Positions 44,275 to 53,281 of a DNA stretch of 64,000 bases are shown piece after piece; the first letter of the stretch is position 1; every line of letters begins with the position of its first letter. Below the pieces are notes generated by a model. That model was not told the DNA's origin, did no database searches, and saw nothing but the letters and a program-made list of their open reading frames with translations. The stretch covers positions 1,792,001-1,856,000 of the forward strand of contig CAXXLQ010000004.1 of assembly GCA_963668695.2 (NCBI GenBank), given 5' to 3'. The translations under genes were made by a program, and so were the position numbers. The stretch comes from Vicinamibacteria bacterium. Lineage in GTDB: Bacteria; Acidobacteriota; Vicinamibacteria; Marinacidobacterales; Marinacidobacteraceae.

Positions 44275-45618
44275 ATGTTGGAAACGGCTGTCGCGACCGC
44301 CGAGACGCACTATCGCGACGAGATTCCGGTCTGGATCGGCGACCGGTACTCCCTTCGGCGAAGGGAAGCGGTCGAGGAGTTCTTCAAGGCCGGTGGGTTC
44401 CCCACGGCGCGGCTTGAGGACTGGCGGTTTTCGGATCTGGACGCACTCGGGCGCATCGCCTACCGGCGCTATCCCGGGGCCCCGATCCTGATGACTCCCG
44501 AGCCCCACGAGCTGCCGAAGTGGACCGCGGAATTCGAGCACCGGGTTCTGCTCGCCGACGGAATATCGCTGAACCCTGAGGATGCCCGCTCCGGGGCCGC
44601 ATTGACCTTCGGGCGCCTCCCCACCGTCCCGCCCGACGACGAGGACGACGACTGGGGGTTTGTCGTGCCTCGGGCCGAGACGAACGGCGCCGGGGTGGAC
44701 CTCGACGCCGCTCTCCGTCATCCCCTCGAACTGCTGAACGCCGGGCTCTTCGACTGCGGGTTCCGGGTCCGGGTCGGGCGCGACGAGGACGCCGGTCCGA
44801 TCCTTCTCTATTCGCTGCGGCGCGACACCGGCCACCCGACCATGCTCCATCCACGCTCGGTCATCGATGTCGGTTCCGGTAGCCGGCTGACGGTCATCGA
44901 AGCCCACGACGGTGCGTCCTCCACTCCTGGCTGGACGAACCCGACCACCCTCTGCCGGCTCGGCGAGAACGCCCAACTGCGCTACGTCCGCGTCGAACTG
45001 GAGACCGGGAGCATCGCCCACACCGGCCGCGTGACGTTCCAGCTCGAGCGGAACGCCCGGGTCCACTCGACGGTGCTCTCCCTCACCGGCGGGAAGTCCC
45101 GGACCGATTCGACCGCCATCCTCAGCGCCGAAGGCACCGAGGTGGAACTCGACGGCCTCTTTCTGGGCGTGGAGCAGGCGAAGGCCGACCAGCACGCCCT
45201 CGTCATCCACGCCGCCCGGCACACCACGAGCCGCCAGCTTTTCAAGAACGTGCTCTCCGACGAGTCGAGCGCCGTGTTCGACGGCAAGGTGGTGGTGGCG
45301 CCGGGCGCGAACGGGACCGACGCGACCCAGGCGAACCGCAACCTGCTCCTTTCGAGGAAGGCCGTGGTCCACACCCGCCCCCGGCTCGAGATCAACGCCG
45401 ACGACGTGAAGTGCGCCCACGGGGTGGCCATCGGCAAGCTGGACGAGGACGCACTCTTCTACCTCCGCTCCCGGGGACTCGGCCGCATGGATTCCCGGGA
45501 GATGCTGGTCCGGGGCTTCGCCGGCGAAGTCGTCGAGAAGATTCCGGTAGAGGCGGTCCGCCGCCTCGCCGCCGCGGGGCTCCAGCGCCTCCGCGAATGC
45601 GCGAGTTTCGGCAGATGA
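44275..45618 (+). CDS. sufD: Fe-S assembly protein SufD
   Basis: EDWRFS, PRLEINADDVKCAHG, FYLRSRG. Confidence 0.95.
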   Translation: MLETAVATAETHYRDEIPVWIGDRYSLRRREAVEEFFKAGGFPTARLEDWRFSDLDALGRIAYRRYPGAPILMTPEPHELPKWTAEFEHRVLLADGISLNPEDARSGAALTFGRLPTVPPDDEDDDWGFVVPRAETNGAGVDLDAALRHPLELLNAGLFDCGFRVRVGRDEDAGPILLYSLRRDTGHPTMLHPRSVIDVGSGSRLTVIEAHDGASSTPGWTNPTTLCRLGENAQLRYVRVELETGSIAHTGRVTFQLERNARVHSTVLSLTGGKSRTDSTAILSAEGTEVELDGLFLGVEQAKADQHALVIHAARHTTSRQLFKNVLSDESSAVFDGKVVVAPGANGTDATQANRNLLLSRKAVVHTRPRLEINADDVKCAHGVAIGKLDEDALFYLRSRGLGRMDSREMLVRGFAGEVVEKIPVEAVRRLAAAGLQRLRECASFGR

Positions 45619-46850
45619 CCACTACCACCACCTACGACCTCGACAAGGTCCGCGCCGACTTCCCGATCCTCCGGGAGGAGGTCCGGGGCCAGCCGATCGC
45701 CTACCTCGACAACGCCGCGAGCTCCCAGAAGCCGCGGGCGGTGCTTGACGCGGTGAATCACGTCTACGAGACCGGCTACGCGAACATCCACCGGGGCGTC
45801 CACGTCCTCTCGGAGCGGGCTACCGAGCACTACGAGCGCTCCCGCCGGCGGATGGCGAGGTTCATCGGCGCGGGGTCCGCGGACGAGGTGGTCTTCGTCC
45901 GCGGCACCACCGAGGGTCTGAACCTGGTGGCTTCCTCGCTCGGCCGCTACGCGCTCCGCGAAGGGGACGAAGTGCTCCTGACGGAGATGGAGCACCATTC
46001 GAACATCGTGCCCTGGCAGATGGTCGCCGAGCTGACCGGCGCCCGCGTGGTCGCCGCGCCCGTCACCGATTCCGGCGAACTGGACATGGACGCTTTCGCC
46101 GCGCTCCTGAACGACCGCACCCGGATCGTCTCGGTGGTCCACATCTCGAACGCGCTCGGCACCGTGAACCCCGTGGAGGAGATCGCCCGGCTCGCCAAGG
46201 AACGCGGCGCCTACCTGGTGCTCGACGGCGCCCAGGCCGCTCCGCACCTGAAGATCGACGTGCGCAGCCTCGGGTGCGACTTCTATGCCCTCTCCGGCCA
46301 CAAGATGTACGGGCCCTCGGGGATCGGGCTGCTCTGGGGCAAGAAGCGCCTGCTGGAAGCCATCCCTCCCTATCAGGGCGGCGGCGAGATGATCCGGACG
46401 GTGAGCTTCGAGCGGACCACCTACGCGGAACCGCCGGCGAAGTTCGAGGCCGGAACCCCCAACATCGCGGGTCCGGTGGGGCTCGCCGCGGCGGCGGACT
46501 ACCTCGAGAACCTCGGGATCGCCGAGGTGGCGAGCCACGAGGGCAGGGTCCGGGAGTACGCCGAAGCGCGGCTTTCGGAGATCCCCGGCCTGCGGGTCAT
46601 CGGGACCGCGCGGGAGAAGGCGGCGGTGGTCTCCTTCGTGGTGGACGGCGTCCATCCGCACGATCTCGGCACCGTGCTTGACCAGGAAGGGGTCGCGGTG
46701 CGCACCGGACACCACTGCACCCAGCCGCTGATGGCGCGATTCGGGGTGCCCGCGACCGCGCGCGCCTCCTTCGGGCTCTACAACACCGAAGCGGAAGTGG
46801 ACCGGCTGGCCGCCGGGCTCCATACGGCGCTGGAGGTCTTCCGGCCGTGA
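45615..46850 (+). CDS. sufS: Cysteine desulfurase SufS
   Basis: YLDNAASSQKP, EHHSN, SGHKM, RTGHHC. Confidence 0.97.
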   Translation: MTTTTTYDLDKVRADFPILREEVRGQPIAYLDNAASSQKPRAVLDAVNHVYETGYANIHRGVHVLSERATEHYERSRRRMARFIGAGSADEVVFVRGTTEGLNLVASSLGRYALREGDEVLLTEMEHHSNIVPWQMVAELTGARVVAAPVTDSGELDMDAFAALLNDRTRIVSVVHISNALGTVNPVEEIARLAKERGAYLVLDGAQAAPHLKIDVRSLGCDFYALSGHKMYGPSGIGLLWGKKRLLEAIPPYQGGGEMIRTVSFERTTYAEPPAKFEAGTPNIAGPVGLAAAADYLENLGIAEVASHEGRVREYAEARLSEIPGLRVIGTAREKAAVVSFVVDGVHPHDLGTVLDQEGVAVRTGHHCTQPLMARFGVPATARASFGLYNTEAEVDRLAAGLHTALEVFRP

Positions 46851-47305
46851 GCGAGGCGGGCGATGCGCTGCGCGACCTCTACCGCGAGGTCATTCTCGAC
46901 CACAGCCGGCGGCCCCGGAATTACGGGGCGATGGACGCCGCCAACCGGCAGTCCGACGGCTTCAACCCCCTCTGCGGGGATCGTCTGCGGCTGTTCCTCA
47001 GGGTCGAGGACGGCGCGGTGAAGCAGGCGTCTTTCATCGGCGACGGCTGCGCGATCTCCACCGCCTCGGCGTCCCTCCTGACGGAGGCCCTTCGGGATCT
47101 TCCCGAAGAGGAAGCCCTGCAGCTCATGGAGAAGTTCCGGAGCATGGTCTCCGGGGAGTCCGAGCCCGACGACGAGTACCTCGGCAAGCTCACGGTGTTC
47201 GCCGGGGTGCGCGACTACCCGACGCGGATCAAGTGCGCGACGCTCGCCTGGCACACCCTGCGGGCGGCCATCGAGCAGAGCCAGGACACCGTCCGGACCG
47301 AATAA
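46847..47305 (+). CDS. sufU: SufU (NifU-like) protein
   Basis: NPLCGD, GCAISTASAS, RIKCATL. Confidence 0.95.
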   Translation: MSEAGDALRDLYREVILDHSRRPRNYGAMDAANRQSDGFNPLCGDRLRLFLRVEDGAVKQASFIGDGCAISTASASLLTEALRDLPEEEALQLMEKFRSMVSGESEPDDEYLGKLTVFAGVRDYPTRIKCATLAWHTLRAAIEQSQDTVRTE

Positions 47306-47330
47306 CGCCGCCAGCGGCGAGGGAAGCACC

Positions 47331-47657
47331 ATGACCGAAGAAGCCACGAACGGAGCGACGCTCCACGATCAGGTCCTGGATGTACTGAAGACCTGCTACG
47401 ACCCCGAGATCCCGGTGGACATCTACGAGCTCGGCCTCGTCTACAAGGTGGACGTGGACGACGCCGGCAAGGTCTGTGTGGACATGACGCTGACCTCGCC
47501 GGCTTGTCCGGTCGCCGGCAGCCTCCCTCCCGAGGTGGAGCAGAAGATCAGCCGCGTCGAAGGCGTCTCGAACGTCCGGGTGGACCTGGTCTGGGATCCC
47601 CCCTGGAACCCCGACCGCATGTCCGAAGCCGCCAAACTCAAACTCGGATTCCTCTAG
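47331..47657 (+). CDS. sufT: SufT / DUF59 Fe-S maturation protein
   Basis: YDPEIPVDIYELGL, MTLTSPACP, WDPPW. Confidence 0.92.
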   Translation: MTEEATNGATLHDQVLDVLKTCYDPEIPVDIYELGLVYKVDVDDAGKVCVDMTLTSPACPVAGSLPPEVEQKISRVEGVSNVRVDLVWDPPWNPDRMSEAAKLKLGFL

Positions 47658-47659
47658 GG

Positions 47660-48012
47660 TAGGGAACGCCGGTCTCCAGACCGGCATCGCGGCCGAAGGC
47701 CGCGAAACTCCCATCGCTAACCGCGAAGAAGCGCGCGGACGGCTTGGAGCGCCGACCTCCGGTCGGCACAGCGGCCCGTAGGGCTGCGGCGGTGAAGAAG
47801 CCCAACTCCCGGAACGGTTCCCATCTCGGCCCGTACCCCACTTGGCGCGATGGCCCGGCAGGCCAGGGAACGCCGGTGTTCAGACCGGCACGGCGGCCCG
47901 CAGGGCCGCGGCGGTGAAGAAGCCCAACTCCTGGAACGGTTCTCATCTCGGCGCCTACCCCAACGGACAGGTGGCGCCGCGCCCGGGAACGCCGGTGTTC
48001 ACACCGGCACCG
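47660..48012. repeat. REP-like family B cluster including a ~120-bp tandem duplication
   Basis: GCGGTGAAGAAGCCCAACTCC..GGGAACGCCGGTGTTCA.ACCGGCAC twice. Confidence 0.8.
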
Positions 48013-48154
48013 CCCCGCGCAGCGGGGCGAGACGGCGTACCTCCCCGTTCCGTGATGGGGCACGTCTCGGTCCGGACCCCGACCCATCCCTCGGCCCGGC
48101 AAACTGGGAACTTCAGGCAGTTTTTCCCATCGAACCCTTCAGACCCCCATCGCG

Positions 48155-48770
48155 TCAGTCCTCCTCGCCGCGGAGCCGCCGGATGTGCGCCCAGCGTTCT
48201 CTCAACCACTTCGATTGTCCCGGCAGCAGCTCGCACCGCCCCATGTCGTCCTCCTGCGCTTGGCTCCAGATCATCGAGTTGCCCATCCACCGCCAGCCGC
48301 CGCAGCGTTCGCACGTACGGCTGACACAGTTGTAGGGAAGGCTCATTGCCGTTCCGTGGCACCGGGGGCAATCCGGGCACACGGGTTCCGCGTCTTTAAC
48401 AGCCTGTGGTGAAACCCACGTGAGCGCCGAGACCGGCCAGTTCTCCCGGTGGGGGCGAGGCGCCCGGCTGACAAGGCGCGTGAGGGAGGAATACCGCGTG
48501 TATTTCGACCGAAACGCAACGATGAGCGGCGCGAAGCGGCGCGGTTCAGCCGGGATGGATCGCCGGTCGAACGCCGTGTGGGTTTTGCCACAGGCTGTTA
48601 AGGTCAACCCTTGGCAGGTCCACGGGGTCATGGGTGCCGCTCGGAAGGAGTGCGTACCAGCTTCGGCCCGGTCCCTCCGCGTCGAGCTTGACGAGCAACC
48701 CGGCCCCGGCGGCGCCAAGATCGGCGATCCCGGCCACCTTATCGAATCTGATGGGACGGATCCTGGTCAC
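48155..48770 (-). pseudogene. Small Zn-ribbon protein gene disrupted by a MITE
   Basis: GGAGGAG SD + GTG 48770; removing 202 bp gives a 137-aa ORF with CPRC..CERC. Confidence 0.7.
48400..48597. mobile_element. MITE-like family A copy 6 with perfect TTAA duplication
   Basis: TTAA|CAGCCTGTGG..CCACAGGCTG|TTAA. Confidence 0.9.
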
Positions 48771-48784
48771 TTCAAACTCCTCCG

Positions 48785-49132
48785 TCAGCAAGACCGACCG
48801 CTCCGCGGCGCGGCGCCGGCCGGAGCGCAGTCGGCCAGCAGCCCGTCGACGGCGGTAGTCGCCCTGTCGAGCGCCCAGCGGACGGCTTCCAGCCGCGCCG
48901 CCAGCAGCGCTGCTGCCCTCTGCCGCTCCGGAGTGGCGGTTCGTCGCTCGGCGACCTGAAGCGCCAGCCGGCGATCCCGGAGCAACTCTCCGAGATCGGC
49001 GAAGGCGGCGCCGCAGGCGACGAAGCTCACCGAGGTAGCGGAGACCGACTCGGCGAGCACGTCGTCCGGCGACTCGTGCGGCGGGCGGGGGAGGCCGGCG
49101 GCCGCGGCAGGAAGGGTGTGGTGTTGGGGCAT
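48785..49132 (-). CDS. Hypothetical protein
   Basis: 115-aa ORF with AAGGAG SD; no recognised motif. Confidence 0.55.
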   Translation of the reverse strand: MPQHHTLPAAAAGLPRPPHESPDDVLAESVSATSVSFVACGAAFADLGELLRDRRLALQVAERRTATPERQRAAALLAARLEAVRWALDRATTAVDGLLADCAPAGAAPRSGRSC

Positions 49133-49150
49133 GGCGTTTCTCCTTGGATT

Positions 49151-49281
49151 GCATCCGAGGAGGGCGGAAGCCCCGTAGGTCCGCTTGGTTGCCTTGCGGC
49201 CACATCTCCGGTTTCGGACGCCACCTTGCCCGGACCGGGCAGGTTGGCGGGGTACGCGATTGCGTAGCCCCCTCTGGATGC
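49151..49281 (-). ncRNA. Putative structured leader RNA (unassigned)
   Basis: Nested complementary segments with a GCAA tetraloop, ending just before the SD. Confidence 0.4.
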
Positions 49282-49353
49282 TGACCCGCAGCCTAGCCGG
49301 GATCGCGCTTCGACGCTACTGGTGGCTCGCTGTACGTGATGAACGAAAGTGGC

Positions 49354-49381
49354 GCTTTACATCATCATGATGAGGTAAAGC
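49354..49381. other. dif-like 11-6-11 palindromic site
   Basis: GCTTTACATCA-TCATGA-TGAGGTAAAGC. Confidence 0.4.
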
Positions 49382-49424
49382 GGCGGTTTCACTGATCAGT
49401 GAATGCCGTGTCCCACCGCAATCG

Positions 49425-49811
49425 CTACCAGAGCCGCCGGACGCCGTATCGGTCGAACACCGACTCGTTCGAGACGAGAACGAGATCGTGGATGAGCGCC
49501 TGGGCGATCAGCATTCTGTCGAACGGATCACGGAGCGGCCCCGATAGACCGCCCGCCCGACTCGCATCGCGAACCGTGATGCCTAGTTCGGCGAAGCCCT
49601 GTCCCGCAATCCCGGACCGAACATCCTGCGCGATCAGTTCGCCCCCCGACAGTTTGCCGAGGCGGTGTTTCGTCGTGATCTCCCAAGCCGAAGCGGCGCT
49701 AACAAGAATCTCGTTCGTTTCATTGGCTATGGCGCGGCGGGCTGGCGTGGACAGCCGTTCGCTGCCGCTCAACCACCACAGGAAAGTGTGCGTATCGAGG
49801 AGCAGCCGCAC
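49425..49811 (-). CDS. vapC: PIN-domain (VapC) toxin
   Basis: LLLDTHTFLWW, SAASAWEI, DPFDRMLIAQA. Confidence 0.93.
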   Translation of the reverse strand: MRLLLDTHTFLWWLSGSERLSTPARRAIANETNEILVSAASAWEITTKHRLGKLSGGELIAQDVRSGIAGQGFAELGITVRDASRAGGLSGPLRDPFDRMLIAQALIHDLVLVSNESVFDRYGVRRLW

Positions 49812-49814
49812 CGG

Positions 49815-50045
49815 CTACCTCTCCCAGGCTTCCAGCTCGGTTTCCGGGAGCGGTTCGAAGAAGCTGTCGGGCACGACGAGCCGTCCCTCCATCGCACCGA
49901 ACTGCCGCTTTCCGCGCTCTTTGCACGGAACGAGCCGAGCCACGGGAGTGCCGTTGCGGGCGATGACCACCTCTTCTCCCGCTTCAACCTGAGCCAGCAG
50001 GCGGGAGAGATGCGTCTTGGCCTGATGGACATTCACCGTAGCCAT
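49815..50045 (-). CDS. Phd/YefM antitoxin
   Basis: VNVHQAKTHLSRLL..GEEVVIARNGTPVARLVP. Confidence 0.93.
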   Translation of the reverse strand: MATVNVHQAKTHLSRLLAQVEAGEEVVIARNGTPVARLVPCKERGKRQFGAMEGRLVVPDSFFEPLPETELEAWER

Positions 50046-50066
50046 AGGGAGCCTCCGTTCACGACT

Positions 50067-50086
50067 TTAGTCAATAGTATGACTAA
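50067..50086. promoter_or_regulatory. Putative TA operator palindrome
   Basis: TTAGTCA-ATAGTA-TGACTAA. Confidence 0.6.
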
Positions 50087-50229
50087 GCATCACTTCCGTG
50101 TCAAACCAGCTTCCTGTTCAACGCCGCAGGCGCCCCGCGCTGCCCTCCGGAGCCCTTTTCCGGGTGGCGCCAGCCTCTGGCTGGCGATGCCGGCCTGAAG
50201 GCCGGCGCCAGTTCTCCCGGTGGGGGCCC

Positions 50230-50997
50230 CTAGTCCCCGTTCTCGCCGCGCTCGGCGGCCGTCCGGACCAACTCGTCGAAGATGCGTTGGTCCAGGCCGT
50301 TCCCCATTCGCTCCGGGTGCCACTGCACCGCCAGGCAGGGCCACCCGCCGCCGGCTGACGCCCCGTTGTATTCGACGCCCTCGATGATGCCGTCCGGGGC
50401 GTGCGCGACGGGCACGAGCCCCTCTCCCAACCGGTCCACCGCTTGGTGGTGGATGCTGTTCACGCCGCGCTCGGTGACCCCGAGGATCCGGCCGAGCCGG
50501 CTCTCCGCCTGAATCGTCACCGGATGACGGAACGCCACCGCCTCCGCCGGCACTCCCGGGACGGGCGGGTGGTTCGCACGGTCGCTGATGTCCTGATAGA
50601 GCGTCCCGCCGAGCGCGATGTTGAGCGCCTGCATGCCCCGGCAGATGCCGAAGAACGGCAGCCGCGCCTCCTTGGCCGCGAGCGTCAGCGCGACGTCCCA
50701 GGCATCCTCCTGCAGGTCGATCTCGCTGCTGACTCCCTCATCGCGGCCGCTGTAGGTGGAAGGCGAAAAGTCGCCGCCGCCGGTGAGCACCAGCGCGTCC
50801 ACCGAGGCGACCGCGTCGGCCGCGGCGTTCAGCGGCGCCGGGGGCAGGATGATCGGGATGCCGCCCGACTTGCGGACGCTCTCCACGTATTCCTCGGCAA
50901 GCGTGAAGAGCTGTTCCGGGTCCCCGACGATGGTGTGAACGCCGCGTTTCCAGGCGGTGAGCCCGATCCGGGGACGGCGGCGTTTGGGGCCGCTCAT
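50230..50997 (-). CDS. Gamma-glutamyl-GABA hydrolase family (peptidase C26)
   Basis: LTGGGD, GICRGMQ, VNSIHHQ, VQWHPE. Confidence 0.92.
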   Translation of the reverse strand: MSGPKRRRPRIGLTAWKRGVHTIVGDPEQLFTLAEEYVESVRKSGGIPIILPPAPLNAAADAVASVDALVLTGGGDFSPSTYSGRDEGVSSEIDLQEDAWDVALTLAAKEARLPFFGICRGMQALNIALGGTLYQDISDRANHPPVPGVPAEAVAFRHPVTIQAESRLGRILGVTERGVNSIHHQAVDRLGEGLVPVAHAPDGIIEGVEYNGASAGGGWPCLAVQWHPERMGNGLDQRIFDELVRTAAERGENGD

Positions 50998-51725
50998 CGC
51001 GCCGCCGCCCGCGGGGCGCGAATCCCCCGGAACTCCCAGTCGCCGCCGAGCGCGGTCGAACGAACCTCTTCGGACTCGGTCGGCTGCGCGCCGTAGCCGG
51101 CGGGGATCGACATCTCGCCCGCGACCACCGGGTTCACCAGTCGCCCGAGCCCGTCCACCTCCACCGCCACCTCGTCGCCCGGCTCCACGGGCCGCGAACC
51201 CGCGGGGGTGCCGGTGAAGACCAAGTCGCCTGGGAGCAGGGTGTGGGTCCGGGACAGATCGGCCACGAGGTAGTGCGGGTCCCACGCCATCTCGTCGGTG
51301 TTGCCGGACTGGCGCACCTCGCCGTTCACCAGCGTGCGGATGTTCCGTCCCCGGAAGTCCCACCCGGAAACCACCTCGTCCACCACCGGACACATTGTGT
51401 CCGCCCCTTTCACGCGCAGCATGGAGCCGGCGTCGGTGTCCCGGAAGTCGTGAAGCCCGAAGTCGTTCCCGATCGTGTACCCGGCCACGAACCGTCCGGC
51501 ATCTTCCGGCTCGATTCCCCGGCACCGGGCTCCAATCACCGCCACGATTTCCCCCTCGAAGTTCAGGTAACGGCAGCCCTGCGGGCGGACCACCGGTTCA
51601 CCGCTCCGGATGAGGGCGGAGGGAGGCTTCAGGAAGTAGGTGGGCGCCTTCGGAAGCCGCGCCCCGAACTCCTCAACCCGGCTGCGGTAGTTGAGATGAA
51701 CACAAACGATCTTGCTCGGATCCAT
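50994..51725 (-). CDS. Fumarylacetoacetate hydrolase family
   Basis: KIVCVHLNY, FLKP, FEGE, GND, PGDLVFTGTP. Confidence 0.92.
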   Translation of the reverse strand: MDPSKIVCVHLNYRSRVEEFGARLPKAPTYFLKPPSALIRSGEPVVRPQGCRYLNFEGEIVAVIGARCRGIEPEDAGRFVAGYTIGNDFGLHDFRDTDAGSMLRVKGADTMCPVVDEVVSGWDFRGRNIRTLVNGEVRQSGNTDEMAWDPHYLVADLSRTHTLLPGDLVFTGTPAGSRPVEPGDEVAVEVDGLGRLVNPVVAGEMSIPAGYGAQPTESEEVRSTALGGDWEFRGIRAPRAAAR

Positions 51726-51742
51726 CGGAACGGGAGAGGTTA

Positions 51743-51930
51743 CAGCAGGTGGTGAAAGCGCCCCGCACCGTTTCCGCGATGGTAAGTGCGCCACTCTTGG
51801 CGGTCTGTAGGTGCGGGGCGCTTTCCCCACATGAGATGGCGCGAATCGCTGCGCGACCCGCGCCATCGTTCTTCGTGGGGAGGGAAACCCCTCCCCACAC
51901 CCCTCCCCAGCGGCGCTCCGCGCCGCGCAC
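51743..51930. repeat. Family C interspersed repeat, copy 2
   Basis: Homologous to 12003-12235. Confidence 0.7.
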
Positions 51931-51998
51931 GAACGGCTCCGGTGTCCTCCACGGTCTTCCTCGGATACCGGTCCGCTTCCCGGCATACCATCCGGGCA

Positions 51999-53267
51999 GT
52001 GACGACGAACGGACGGACGAAAGCCGCAACCGGCTTCGAGGCGATCGTTTCCCACGACACCTACACGTTGGGGGTGCCCTGGGACCTCTTCAAGCGGATG
52101 CGGGAGCGGGGAGCCCCCTGCTGGGTCGAGGAGGAAGACGGGGCCGGCTTCTGGGCGCTCACCCGGCACGCGCATGTTTTCCAGGCCAGTTCGACGCCGC
52201 GCGACTTCTCCTGCGCCCGCGGCATCCGCCTCGAGGAACTCGACGACGACGAACTGGCCGCCCGCCGCACGATGATGGAGTACGACGGCGCCGAGCACGC
52301 CCGGCTTCGCCGGCTGGTTGGGCCCGGCTTTTCCCGAAAATCCATCGCCGCCTGCGAAGAATCGGTGCGTGAACTCGCCGCCAGCGTGCTCGACCGGGCC
52401 CTCGAGCTGGGCGAGCTGGACTTCGTCGAGGAGGTCTCCCGCGAGCTGCCCATCCGGATGCTCTGCCGCATCCTGGGCGTTCCCGAGGAGGACGCCGGCG
52501 AACTCGTGGAGTGGGGGGACGCGTTGATCTCGAACGCCGACCCCGAGTTCTCGATGGCGGTCATCGATCAGGAGGACACCGAAGCCTTCCGCCTGCTGCC
52601 GTTCCGGAGCCCGGCGGCGCGCTCCGTCTTCGAATACGCGAGCCGGATCCGCGAGGAGCGGCTCCGCCGTCCGACCGAAGACATCATCTCCGCGATGCTC
52701 GCCGAGGATGCCGCCGGCCGGCCGCTCACCGAGCTGGAGTTCCAGAACTTCTTCCTGCTGCTCATCGTGGCGGGGAACGAAACCACCCGCCACACCATTT
52801 CCCACGGCCTCCTGGCGCTGCTCGATCACCCGCAGGCCTGCGAGGCCCTGGGCGGAGCGATCGGCGACCGGGCGCTCTTCGAGTCGGCGACCGAGGAGAT
52901 CCTCCGCTGGACCTCGGTGACCATGCACTTCCGGCGCACCCTCACCCGGGATCTCGACCTTGACGGCGCTCCGATGCGCCGGGGCGACAAGACCGCCCTT
53001 TGGTACATCGCGGCGAACCGCGACCCGGACGCCTTCCCGGAGCCCGACCGATTCGACATCCGCCGGGACCCGAACCCCCACCTGGCCTTCGGCGCCGGCC
53101 GGCACGTCTGCCTCGGCGCCTGGCTCGCGCGCCTGGAAGTCCGGGTCACTTTTGAGGAGTTCTTCCGCCGGATCCGTGCGGTGGAGCTCACCGGTCCGCC
53201 CGACCGGCTCCGCTCCAACTTCATTCACGGGGTGAAGCACCTGCCGGTGCGCCTCGTCCCCCGCTGA
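51999..53267 (+). CDS. Cytochrome P450 (CYP125/124-like)
   Basis: AGNETT, EILR, FGAGRHVCLG haem motif. Confidence 0.93.
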   Translation: MTTNGRTKAATGFEAIVSHDTYTLGVPWDLFKRMRERGAPCWVEEEDGAGFWALTRHAHVFQASSTPRDFSCARGIRLEELDDDELAARRTMMEYDGAEHARLRRLVGPGFSRKSIAACEESVRELAASVLDRALELGELDFVEEVSRELPIRMLCRILGVPEEDAGELVEWGDALISNADPEFSMAVIDQEDTEAFRLLPFRSPAARSVFEYASRIREERLRRPTEDIISAMLAEDAAGRPLTELEFQNFFLLLIVAGNETTRHTISHGLLALLDHPQACEALGGAIGDRALFESATEEILRWTSVTMHFRRTLTRDLDLDGAPMRRGDKTALWYIAANRDPDAFPEPDRFDIRRDPNPHLAFGAGRHVCLGAWLARLEVRVTFEEFFRRIRAVELTGPPDRLRSNFIHGVKHLPVRLVPR

Positions 53268-53281
53268 TTCCGGAGGCTCCC

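Noticed and set aside
47770-48012. CRISPR-like array
   Set aside because: Only two long units, the intervening sequences are similar to each other, and there are no cas genes; it is a REP duplication.
48155-48718. 187-aa ORF spanning the MITE as an in-frame insertion
   Set aside because: The insertion is 202 bp; the upstream part is in the wrong frame relative to the SD-supported start.
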